From Callorhinchus milii (lineage: Eukaryota), in the NCBI RefSeq assembly GCF_018977255.1, contig NW_024704742.1:49912001-49976000 (forward strand): a DNA stretch of 64,000 bases, written 5' to 3'. This document shows, piece after piece, positions 40,753 through 52,639 of the stretch. Every line of letters starts with the position of its first letter. The stretch's first letter is position 1. Position numbers and translations under genes: made by a program. Under the pieces are notes generated by a model. That model was given only the letters and a program-made list of their open reading frames with translations. It was not told the DNA's origin and made no database searches.

Positions 40753-41134
40753 GACATTGAAAGGCTGCCCTCAACCCAAACAGCCATAATATAATAATTT
40801 GAATACAAGAACTAAATTTCATCTCTCTCCAGAACGAATAATACTGGTTACAGCAGCATTTCCCCTGACCAGGTCATTTGGATGGGAATAATAGATGCAG
40901 TCAGAACACTTTTTTCCTGAAGAAACAAATTGCTTCTGCTTCAACTGGGAACTTGCTGCAATGCAAATAGTGGTAAATCCTATTTGTATTTGTCAAGCTC
41001 TTAACTCATATTGTCTTCAAGAAGAGGAGAACTCTATGCAAATTCCAAAAGATGCTACACAGAAGCTTCACTTAAAGTGACTGTGAGCCTCACCTGGTGT
41101 CAGAAATTCAACCTTTTGGAATCATCTTAAATTC

Positions 41135-41452
41135 AATGCTGAGGATGCTCTGCATTGTCAAAGGTGGCATCTTTCAGATGAGAGTTATAACCAAGACTCA
41201 ATATGCCTGTTCAGGTGGACATTAAAGGTCCTATGGCACAACTCCAAAAAAGAAGAGAGTTTCTCTCAGTGTTTTGTCTAACAATCACCAAAATTAAATT
41301 GGTACCTTTATGATTGTGTGAGACGTTGCTGTGGGTAAATTGGCTGCCACTTCGACTACAAACACAGTACGCAGTTGATACACTTCACAGTAGAATCCTG
41401 TAAAGCAATTTGAGATGTCTTAACTAAGTGATAAGGTGCTATATCAAATGCA
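41135..41452 (+). mobile_element. DeuSINE (headless)
   Basis: GCATTGTCAAAGGTGGCATCTTTCAGATGAGA..TGTTCAGGTGGACATTAAAG..GCTATATCAAATGC. Confidence 0.85.
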
Positions 41453-41680
41453 ACAACAACAACAATATTACATTTGTATAGCACCTTTCACGTCGGGAGG
41501 ACAAATGCGCAGTGTACAGCATTTTAGACCCAAGCTGGGGTCAGGGAGGGAGAAGGGAGGGGAGGGGAAGGGGGGTGGCCGATGGCATGGTCGAAGAGGA
41601 GGGTTTTGAGGCGGGACAAAGGAGCCTAAGGAGGGGGCGAGGCGGAGTGATTGCGGGATGGAATTTCAGAGGTTGGGAAT
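41451..41680 (-). mobile_element. L2 3' fragment abutting the SINE tail
   Basis: (CAA)n, CATTTGTATAGCACCTTTCACGTCGGGAGGAC, GGTCGAAGAGGAGGGTTTTGAG. Confidence 0.85.
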
Positions 41681-43199
41681 TATTATATTAGTATCATCGT
41701 TGTTCATTCAATAAATGCATCTGTGTTGTCATTGGCTGTAAATAAACATAAATAAAGTTGCCATTTTTGGGCATAGTCTGCCATTTTGTATTATTATTAT
41801 ATAATATCCACTTTCAAGAGTTTAGGTAGCATGAAGAGCATACACACATTTACAAACACACATGAAGCTCATTAATCCACTGGGTTATGATTTATCTGAG
41901 TGAGGACAGGTAAAAACAGTTCAAATCGTAGAGAATGAGATATTCCAATTACAGGACCAGGCGTTTGTAAGCAAAAGAACTCTGTGATTTGAAAGTAACG
42001 AAAGAGCTTTAATTGCTTTAATTTAACTGCTACTTCAAATAATTCCGTTTGATTCATGAGGCTTGACCTAATGTTTCTAAATCCATGTTAACAACTTCTC
42101 ATAACATCTGTGTTCTTTGAATGAGTATTTATAGCAGTCTGTACAATACTTTAAAACGTTTTTTTTCCACTGCAGATGTTTGGTTCACTGGTGTATAATC
42201 TTCATACTCTCGTCTTACTCACTATTGGAGACATCAGGATAGGATCTGAAATATGACATTCAAAAACTCACATTTACAATCACTTCAACTTCCAGTTTGC
42301 AAATATCAGTTTGCAAGAATTGTTGCACTTTATATTTTGCTTGCTGACCTTTTTGCCAGCTTGGAACCTGCTATTTACAAAATTCACCTGAAATGTTGCA
42401 ATCTATTGTTTACAAACTAGAAATTAAAATTAGTGCAAGAAAACAATTTGCAAAATATAACATTTTGGACCTATTATATTTATCCTCCAGCGTGGTCTCC
42501 AACAACAATAACAATTTACATTTAGGTAGCATCTTTCACATCAGGAGACATCTCAAAGAGCTTTACATTGCAGTGTTTATTGAGTTCCTAAAAATGTTGG
42601 ATGGACTGCAATGTGGTTATCACCTCAGCCATGAGATCTCTCCGGGAGTTGGCAATGTGCCCGAGAGGAGGCTCTGACTCAAATCCTGGGCGACTCTCCA
42701 TTCTGGGACTGAAACTGCTGGGTCAACAAGAACAAAAGAAGTCAGGCTAAGCCATTTGGCAGACTCAGGGCTATGGTGGAGAAAGTGCTGTGCCTATTGA
42801 ATGTGGTGCCTGAGACAATGAGAAACCACATAGATTAGTACTTAAACAGGATGGTATATGCAAGTGAGAGCGAGCTATTAGTGAGAGAAATCCAGGGCAC
42901 CAACCGTCAAATATAGATCCCTGGCATCTCTAGGCTTGCTAGACGCAGTGAAGCTCATCTGTCTGTTGGGGTCACGAGAGATTACTGAAATTTCTGGGTG
43001 AAAGATGCAATATGTGATGATTATTACAGATGATGATTATCATATCACATACAATATTATTCAGCTGTGTAAAAAGACAAAGACAATAGCTGAAGTAAAC
43101 ATTGAGGAAACCAAAGTGATATGCTAAAAAATGCTTATTAACGATTTGTAGAGGAAGATTCAATTAAGATGTTTAAAAATATGGGAAGGAAGGACTGTG

Positions 43200-43578
43200 T
43201 ATCAGCCTGGTAGGATTTTCAGCTATGAGTTAGAAGGTTATGGATTTAAGCCCCACATTACGGCCTGCAACTCATATACTCTCGGCTGACATTGTGATGA
43301 GGTGCTGGGTGCATTGTTTGAGGTGCTGTCCTTCAGATAAGACATTAAACTAAGGTCCTGATTGCTTGTTGACTTTAAAGATCTCATTACACTACTCAAA
43401 AAGAGGAGAGAATTTCTCCTGGTCTTCTGGCCAACAATTCCCTAATAAAATTGGACATCAACATGGCTGTTTGTGGGAGATTGCTGCCATGTTTTCCCAT
43501 AAACCATGGTCACTTCACTTTGCAGTAGATACTGTAAAGTGTTTGAGATGTCCTCTTGACATGAAAGATGTTATACCA
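43200..43578 (+). mobile_element. DeuSINE, old
   Basis: GAGTTAGAAGGTTATGGATTTAAGCCCCAC head; CTGGCCAACAATTCCC; CAAATGCAGGATTATT tail. Confidence 0.8.
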
Positions 43579-43989
43579 AATGCAGGATTATTAGTATAAT
43601 TTGGGAAGTAAGGGAACAGATGGGGACATGAGAATAGAGATCTATGAAAATGTAATAATTTAGAATAGGCTCAATAGGATAAATAAATGAGCTTTTTCTG
43701 TTGCCTATCTTGCTATCAGACTATGGGCTAACAACTGTACTTCCTATTTAACTATCTGCTTTGTATGACTTTTCTATTCAGATTTTTTAAAATGTTGTGT
43801 TAATCAATACATGAACCCCAAGAATAGATTCACTCCATGAAACAGTTTTCAGTGCTTAGCCAAAGCTGCCAATAAAGCCATTGAAACAAAATAAAATGTG
43901 CAGACTTTCTGAGAGACCTGAAAAGCTCAGCAATATTTCATATGCAAGTAATTCATAGATTGAGTATCTAGTGCTTGGTTTATATTAAT

Positions 43990-44135
43990 AAAAGAAATGT
44001 CGAATGCTGGAAATCTGAAACAATAGCTGAAAATGCTGAAAAATCTGACGCAGTGATGTCACAGGCATTACTCTTCATCAGAAGGTTTCGCAGATGATTC
44101 TTTCTTGTGAAAAGTTATGCTTGAAATATTCACTT
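43990..44135 (-). mobile_element. Penelope-like terminal repeat remnant
   Basis: ATGCTGGAAATCTGAAACAA is the reverse complement of TTGTTTCAGATTTTCAGCAT in the 63072 copy; CTTCATCAGAA gives CTGATGA on - strand. Confidence 0.55.
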
Positions 44136-44879
44136 TGGACCACTCTGAGACTCTATCCTGTGTAGAAGGCGCTGTATAAATGAATGTTGCTATATGGATT
44201 TCAAATCATTTAATGGAACAAACATTTCTCTTTCCATTCACATTACCCAGGACGCACATTTTCTTTACAGAAGCTACTCATTGAACAACAACAGCTTACA
44301 TTTATAAATTAAATACCTTGAAGCATTTTACAAAATTAATTTATGATTAATTAGGAACAAAGTGACTGCTTTATGCAGGCAAATGTGGCAGGCAATTCAT
44401 GCCCAAAATACCCTATAAACAACAGTAAGATAAGCAATTTCATTTGAATATATGGTAAATCTGGATGACAGTAAGACAGAAAAACAGAAAAAATCCATGT
44501 TTAATTGAATCAGCAGCAAGAATGTCCCTTCTTGTCCGACTGAAAAACAAGGCAGGTGGAACAATCCATAAAAAAGATGGTGATCTGAAAATTAATAATA
44601 ATGCAGGTTAAACATGACACCCAAACTGTTCCAGCAAAACCCACAAACATCAATGAGATCAGTTCACAACCTTAAGCTTGTTCTAAAGATTCACGCCTAA
44701 TACTGCCATGCAAGTTTAACATTGTGTACACCTGTAGAGATAGTGACAGAGAAAAGATTGAAAACAGGAGATAAGAGAGCCAGAGAGGTAGGCCAGGGAG
44801 TCTCATGAACAAGTGAAAGAGTTGTAAGACAAAACTGATTTAAATTTTGCCTGTGCTAAAATATAAAATCATTAACTTA

Positions 44880-45048
44880 ATAATCCTAATAATTCCTGCA
44901 TTTGATATAGCACTTCTCCGAGTCATCTCAAAGCACTTCACAGAATATACTGTAAAGTGAATTAATTGTGTATATTTTGTGGGCAAAAGAATTGCGCACA
45001 GCAATGTCCCACAAACAATCGTGGATTGAGTGACCAAATTATTATTAG
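44880..45048 (-). mobile_element. tRNA-SINE 3' half
   Basis: CTGCATTTGATATAGCAC..GCGCACAGCAATGTCCCACAAAC. Confidence 0.85.
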
Positions 45049-45187
45049 TATAACTTGGATTCATATAGCAACCTTCATGCAGATTCTATTTGTTGCTGTT
45101 CTATAGCTGTACCAAGTGTTCATTCCATGTGCCAAAAGCAAGACCAACATAATTCTTTAGGATTTCAATAATAAAACACAGATAAAA

Positions 45188-45370
45188 ATAATATTCCTTG
45201 TATTTAATATCATGTCTTATCACATTACTAAGGCATCTCAAAGTACTTCACAAAATCTATATAGATACAATATTTTGTAGGTTCATGGAGAAGCCAATTT
45301 GCGCACAGCAATGTTGATAAACAGTCATTAAGTGAATGACCAATTTTTATTCAGGGGATTGTTGGCCTGT
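45188..45370 (-). mobile_element. DeuSINE 3' part
   Basis: CATCTCAAAGTACTTCAC..AGCCAATTTGCGCACAGCAATG..GGGGATTGTTGGCC. Confidence 0.7.
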
Positions 45371-45709
45371 AAGGATGTAAGCATCCTTTGCCTTGTGGGA
45401 AGGGCAGTCCTACAGTATTGGTCGTTCCTTTTTTAAAAAACAATTGTAATCTACTGAAACATAATAATTACCTTTTGTAAGTAGGTATTAATAAAGCTAG
45501 TATAAGATCTTCAAAATTGTAATCTATTACCTGACTTGAAACTGAAGCATAAAGGTTCCAGATTTGATCCTCAGTGTGTGCTGAGTCAATTGATCTCAGT
45601 TTGAACTTATGGTGAACTGGGATAAATATGAGCAGAAAAACAGAGAAAAATCCACGCTTCATTGAAACAACAACAAACATTTCCCTTAATGTCCAAATGA
45701 ATTTGCCTT

Positions 45710-46274
45710 TGTCACCTCTGGGCTGGACTATTCTAACGCGCTCCTCGCCGGTCTCCCATCCACGATCATCCATAAAATCCAACTCATTCAGAACTCTGCC
45801 GCCCGCATTTTCACCCACACAAAACTCCGCTCCCCGATCACCCGTCCTTGCCAGACTACACTCGCTGCCTATCCCAGAGAGGATCGATTTCAAGATCCTC
45901 ACCCTCGTATTCAAGTCCCTGCACTTCTCTGCACCCCCCCTACCTCTCTGACCTCCTCTCTCCTCAAAACAGTTTCCGTTACCTTTGTTCCTCCGGGTCT
46001 GGCCTCCTCCTTGTCCCCCGAGTCCGCCGCTCCACCCTCGGCGGCCTTCAGCCACTACGTCCCAAGGCTCTGGAACTGCCTTCCTCACTCCTTTCGTCTC
46101 ACTCCCTCCCTTCCCATTTTCAGGTCTCTGCTGAAGACCTTTCTTTTCGACCGCGCCTTTGGTTACCTTCCTCCCCCTTCCCCTGGCTCGGCCCCGGGAT
46201 CTGAAACTGTAAAGCACTCTAGACGCCATCCAGCGTGGAGGGAGCTATATAAATCCAAGTTGTTGTTGTTGTTG
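45710..46274 (+). mobile_element. L2 LINE (subfamily B) 3' fragment
   Basis: [36 protein letters not shown]; ends in (TTG)n. Confidence 0.92.
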
Positions 46275-46277
46275 AAT

Positions 46278-47565
46278 ACGGTCGACCACGCTATCCTACT
46301 CCACCGCTTGTCCTCCCACCTCAACCTTCAAGGCACTGTCCTTGAATGGTTTAGGTCGTACCTTTCTCACCGTCTTCACTTTGTCTCGACGAATGGCTTC
46401 TCCTCCACCCCCCGTACTGTCTCATGTGGTGTCCCTCAGGGCTCTGTCCTCGGTCCCCTCCTCTTCACCCTCTATATGCTCCCCCTCGGTGACATCATCC
46501 GCAGACATGGAGTTAACTTCCACATGTATGCGGATGACACCCAACTCTACCTTTCCTCCTCTACTCTCAACTCCACGACCACCGATGTCCTGACAGCTGC
46601 CTGTCCGACATCGAGTCCTGGACGAGAGACAACTTTCTTCAGCTCAACGTGCGAAAAACCGAGGCCCTCCTGATTGGCTCATGTCAGCGCCTCCGCACCT
46701 CAGGCGCTGACACCATCAGCATCCAAGGCTGCACTCTCCACCTCTCAAAGCCAGTCAGGAACCTCGGCGTTTTGTTCGACCCTGAGCTGTCCTTTCTCCC
46801 TCACATCCGCACCACAACTGGCACCGCCTTCCATCACCTTCGGAACATCGCCAGACTACGCCATTACCTCACCCCTCACGCTGCTGAAACCCTGGTCCAC
46901 GCCTTTGTCACCTCAAGGCTGGACTATGGGAACTCTCTCCTCGCCGGCCTTCCCGCCACCTCCCTCCACAAGCTGCAGGTCATTCAGAACTCTGCAGCTC
47001 GTGTACTGTTCCGCACCAGGCTTCGGGACCACATCACTCCCACCCTCGCTCGCCTCCACTGGCTCCCCGTCCCCCAGAGGATTGATTTCAAGATCCTCAT
47101 CCTCACCTACAAGGCCATTCACGGCCTTGCTCCCTCCTACCTCTCCAACCTACTATCCCCCTACCTACCTGCCCGTACCCTCCGTTCCTCTGGCTCTGGT
47201 CTGCTCCACGTCCCCCGCCCCAACCGCCCTACCATCGGTGGTCGGGCCTTCAGCCTCTCAGCCCCCAGGCTCTGGAACTCCATCCCCCAGTGCCTTCGCC
47301 GCCTCCTCCCTTTCCTCCTTCAAGGCCGGTCTCAAAACCTTTCTCTTTGACCGTGCCTTCAGCTCCCCTCTCGCCTCTCTACCCCCTCCTCGCTCCCTCC
47401 CTTCCCTCCCCTCACCCTGACCATTTCCCCCCTCCTTGCTCCCTCCCTTCCCTCCCCTCACCCTGACCATTTCCCCCCTGCTCGGGACATGACCCAACTG
47501 TGCAGCGCCTTGGGACGTCCTCCTGACGTGAAAGGCGCTTTATAAATGGAATCTTGTTGTTGTTG
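46278..47565 (+). mobile_element. L2 LINE (subfamily A), ~1.3 kb 5'-truncated, RT C-terminal half, frameshifted
   Basis: [54 protein letters not shown]; intact tail; flanked by repeated (TTG)nAATA. Confidence 0.95.
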
Positions 47566-47839
47566 AATAGCAAGGTGGTGGTCGTGTTGACCAATTCTGA
47601 GCCAGTGTTCCTGCTCCTGATCACTGTCCAATGATTCCACCCTGCAACATGCTGCATGTGGTCTTTGGGTAAAAGCAGGAAAGCATTCAATTATTGCCTG
47701 CAATATCTCCACAGTTAGACACTTCGCAAACACTCACTGAAAGGAGAAATCTCAAAGGGGATTTTATAGAGGCATATATCATTCTAAATAGAATTGGAAA
47801 GTTAACCCAAAACAATACTTTACCATACACCAAGTCAGT

Positions 47840-48205
47840 GGAATCATGTATCTCAGTGGTAACAGCACTCGCCTCACAAGCGAGACTTGGTTTCGATTCC
47901 CAGCAGGGTGAAATGTTGGGCAAGTTTCCTTACTCCACACTCCTCTGTTAACCTAGAGAAAAGAAGGAACGCAGTTGTTAGTGGATTGGCAGATCACTTT
48001 TTCCTTAAAAAAATAATAAATTGGTCACTTCAATCAATGACTGTTTTGTGGGACACTGCTGTGCGCAATTGGCTGCCGTGTTTTGTCCAAAAATATAGAG
48101 TCAATTCACTTTAGAGTACATTCTGTGAAGCATTTTGAGACGTCTCGAAGATGTAATAAGGCATTGTATCCAATGCAAGGATTATTAATATTTATTATTA
48201 TTATT
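47840..48205 (+). mobile_element. tRNA-derived SINE (long subfamily), full length
   Basis: CTCAGTGGTAACAGCACTCGCCTCACAAGCGAGA..GTTTCGATTCC; (ATT)n tail. Confidence 0.9.
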
Positions 48206-48455
48206 AGAACAAGAGAACATAGGATCAGATTTGCAAATGGCAATTTTAGAACAGACATTAGGAAGTTTTATTTTCCCAGAGAGTGATTAACAATTGGAAC
48301 AGTTTGCCAGGAAGAGTAGTTGAGGCCAGGACACTGGATTCATTAAATAAAAGCTTGATGCTGTTATGGGAAGATGATAAGGAGGGTAATCTGGAAGGAT
48401 GAAATCAAATGGGCCAAAAGTCCTTCCTCATCCAAGCCAATTGTCTGATCTTGTG
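48206..48455 (+). mobile_element. CR1 LINE 3' end
   Basis: RTREH..FRTDIRKFYF, NNWNSLP remnants and CR1 3'UTR. Confidence 0.8.
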
Positions 48456-50200
48456 TCCAAGTTCACACATGAAGCATGGCTATTTAAACAAAGTACTCAT
48501 GGGTCACCAAAAGTCAAGTGTATTTATCTCCTTGAACACAGCCATTGAGAAAGTTATTGAAGGCGGTCCATCTCCAGCACTCTCATTGATGAGTCAATGA
48601 GTCAATTATTTGATTGGTCTCCTTTATCAATGATATATTCATTGGACCATCAATTGACGTGGGAATAAACCATTTGCCAAATAATATCAAAAAGAATGTT
48701 CCGATAAATGTAATACATTTAATTGAATGGCAAATATATTTAATATAGGGGAAAATAAACACCGGTCAAATTGTTTTGTTACAAATTTCTACTTTTCCAT
48801 CCTGTTTAAATACACTTTCCAATTTCACAAAATGACCTTTCATTCACATCCAAATATAAAATATTTATGAAAATTTTAGAATGATTAGATTAGAATGCTC
48901 CTCATTTATTCATCAATATACGGAAAGCACATTAAATATGAGCAATATTCTGACATATTTATGCCATTGTGACAGCAGCACATTTTGAGTTGACTCAGAT
49001 GCATTTGAGTAAGTTTGATTTTTTAAAACTTTTTTTGCTTTACATATTGAAATTTTGAATGGGTGATTAAATACCCCATACATTTTTTTTCAAAAAATTG
49101 TATTTATAATTTATAACAATGGTTATTTGTGCATAATATTGTGTTAGAAACTATTGTCGTCTGTGCATAATATTGCGTTGGAAATTATTCATTCAGCTGT
49201 TATTAGAAGGAATGAGTGAAGCAGCCTCTGTTTAAATATTACTCCTCAAGGGAACGTCAGTACCCCTGGCCCGAACAGTTTGTTTGTGTTCAGCTCATTT
49301 TCCATGCCACATAGATAAATCTCTTACTGGAGTAAAAAAAAGGCACCCAAACACAGTATAAGGCATTGCTTTTGTTATTAATATTACCCCTTCAGCATAA
49401 TAGAATAAAGCACAATTTAATGCACAAATAAACCTGCAGGAATTATCACTTAGCTTTATACCTGTCCCTTTCGATGTTCCTATAACCCTCAATTCATTCT
49501 GAACTAAATATTTCACCAGCTTTATTTAAGTCTCAGAACAAGTTAATTCCCTCCAGTACGTGGAACACAAAGTCAAACCATCACTCTCATTACTCTTTTC
49601 AAAGCTTTCTTAACAGGGTCTAAATTGCATCACGTACACAGTCACTACACTTTACAATAAATCTTATGAAGTGCTTTGAGTCAATCTCCCAAGATGCTAT
49701 AAGTTGACAAGTGGTAAATTCCTCCAATGCGATCTACTTTCAGAATTGAATTCCCACAATTCGTATTTGATGTACTTCCAATTGAAATAAATCCTGTTGG
49801 AAATCATTTCATTTTAGACTCCAATATAAAGCAATCAGAAATAGTTACGTTACACTAAGCAATTATCGTATTGAAGAAAGGCATGATACTCAATTCCAGG
49901 ATAGACAAACTATTAACAACTACTTTACTGAGAATGAAATGCACTTCTCCAAGAAATAAATATTCATTACATCGTAACAGAGCCTTCACCAAAAGCCATT
50001 TCTTATGAACTAAGACTACATCTCCTTGGAATCTTAATTCTTCATAAGTGATAAACTGCATCATTTGTATCAAAGCAATACTATTTTTAAACAACACAAT
50101 GCAACACACATTTACATTTATATAGTGTCTTTCACTTTGGGAAGATATCCCAAGCGCTTAACAAAACATTTTCCTAAAACTAATTATGAGGGATATACAT

Positions 50201-50485
50201 GGCTGGAATTTACAACTAACTTCAAGGTTGTTCGTTTGTCATAGCGGTTTTTAGCTGGTTAGACTCCAGCAGCACCTCAACACACCCCAAGCCTTGGCTC
50301 TTGCCAACCTATGCCTAATATTTTTCAGTATTAGGTAAGTGGACACGTTTCTCCAGGGACAGAGTGCACACTCCATTCCAACATCTATCTCCGGAATTTC
50401 CATGTGTAGGTGGGATGCAGTTTGGTTTGGATACTCTTAAGCAAGATGATGGGTTTCTGCATGTGTCAAGACAGCTGGCTGACAC
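50201..50485 (-). repeat. Family X copy (uninterrupted)
   Basis: Reverse complement is colinear with 1296-1650 once the Penelope-like insert is removed. Confidence 0.75.
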
Positions 50486-51794
50486 CCCTACCCCCCACCC
50501 AGCCACCCTCTCGCTCCCAAAAAGAAACTGTGGGACATTGCTGCTTGCAAATTGGCTTCCAGGGGCCATCTAGATAATACACAGTCACTACATTTTGCGT
50601 TAAATCCTAAAGCGCTTGGAGACCTCCTGACAAGTCATAGTGCCTTTTCTCATAGTTCCAGCATGGACTGGTTGGTCAGATGGCTTGCTGTATCACTCTA
50701 TGTAACTCTGTATCATGTCAATGTTAAACAATGTTGTTGCTACTGCAAGGAATATTATCATCTAGGAAGTCCCATCGTTGTTTCTTAAGAAAGAATTTGA
50801 ATTTTAAAGGCCCTTACCACTGTCATTTCAAAGTGAGTCACAAGTAATTATTATCATGTGTAGTGCTTGTCTTTGCAGACAAACAAGACGGCCATTTAGG
50901 CCATAAAAAATAATGTTCAAAAGGATCTGGAGGAATGCTGGTGTGAAAAATTCTCATTTTTATTTTAAATAGTATCAAAGAATTTTTAAAGCCCACCTGA
51001 AAACAAGCAGATGGGCCTTGAACCCACAATATTTTTATCCAGAGGGCAGAATGCAGTTAATTGATCAAACTGTATTAGTCATGCAACATTATTGCTGTTG
51101 TTTTCAGTAGCTCAAATGAATTGAGGCTGACAAGATTTCACATTCCCAGACTGCTGAAGTCTTGGCAGAAACTGCTACCAGAAGCCATTAACCATGAGGC
51201 AATCTCATAACATATGTAGACGGTCGCCTACCTCCATGGAACATCCCACACCAAACTGTAATGAACTGTCTTTAATTCAGTTGAGCCCATAGGAATGAAA
51301 CAGACTCTATCTAAAATTGTAATTTTCAGTCTTCACAAATGGATATTGCTGTTTGTTCTGTTAATACCTTAACATATGTTCTGTTGACTTACCACTGAAT
51401 CATTTTCTATGAATTGTTTCCATGCCTCCCTCAGGTCAATTAAAAAGACATTAAATCACGACACAGAATATTCCCCACAATAATTGTTTTTTTCTAAATT
51501 TTGATCCAATTTAGGGAAATATGAGCAAACTGAACATTCTCCTCTGACTTTATAATCTGATTTATTTGGCCTTGAAATAATCAAATATTATAAACACAAA
51601 ACTCACAAAAGGATCTGCATTCACTTGAACATTATCCTGTTTCCAGGCAACCAATTGATCAAACAGCCTCCCAAGATGATGACACATTCTATCAAACCAA
51701 GATCAGTGGGGAAGAATTAGGCCAGATTCCACATTCAGTATTATTTATCTTCCTCACTTTTTTCAGTGCTGATTTTGTTTTGGTCAGCTGGGTG

Positions 51795-51974
51795 GCAGTT
51801 TATGAGCAATTTTATATAAATCCTACCTCTTCAACTGCATCTATGGCTGCCTCCCCAATTCCTCTTTCCCCATTCCCTTCTGCTTTCTCCGCACCTGACT
51901 CCTGTTTGTGCAGACCTTTGAGACATTATTCTATGTGAAGGATGCTTTAGAAATGCAAGTTGCTAGTTTTATTA
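51795..51974 (+). mobile_element. L2 tail fragment with 14-bp TSD inside a family X copy
   Basis: TGGTCAGCTGGGTG at 51781-51794 and 51975-51988; tail ATGTGAAGGATGCTTTAGAAATGCAAGTTG. Confidence 0.7.
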
Positions 51975-52639
51975 TGGTCAGCTGGGTGTCTGACACAATG
52001 TCGAACACATCACTATGCTTCAGGATATCCAAACTAAACTGTGAGTTCATTGGATAGCACCAATACATGGAAATTTTTGTGTTAGATGCTGTAAAGTTGG
52101 ATCATCCGTTATTTCTCCCTCCAAAAGTTCTTTTGTCACTTCCCAAGAAACATATGAGCAGCGACTTAATTTGATATACCAAACATTCATGAAGGGTTTT
52201 GATCAGAGAAACTAATTTAATTTGCCAGCGAGTCAGCAAGCAAAGGTCATGAATTGAATATCATCACTAAAAATCAAAGGTTAATTTTTGTTTTAATAAA
52301 CACAGAGGGTTATTAAGACTTAACACACTTCAAGGCACATTTTTTTCAATGCTGAAAATTAATCAGCAATTTTATATAAATCCTGCCACTTCAATCGCAA
52401 CTATGGTCACCTCCCTCCTTCCTCCTTCATGAAGGGATAAGACATAAAAGCGGAGTAAACCACCAAGATTTCATAGAGTGGAAGAAAGGTCAAATATACC
52501 CAGAAGTTTTGTCTAGATCAAGGTGACACCAAAAGGTTTGGGTTTTAACAGAATATACTTTGAAGAAGACAGGACTGGTGGAGGCAAGGGGTTGCTGAGG
52601 TCATGTAAATTAATGATTTACAATAATAATAATAATAAT

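Noticed and set aside
45468..46229. 253-aa ORF on - strand
   Set aside because: Antisense reading of an L2 fragment running into flanking DNA.
48590..48604. Tandem AP-1 sites (TGAGTCA x2)
   Set aside because: Explained by an 8-bp slippage duplication; no independent regulatory evidence.
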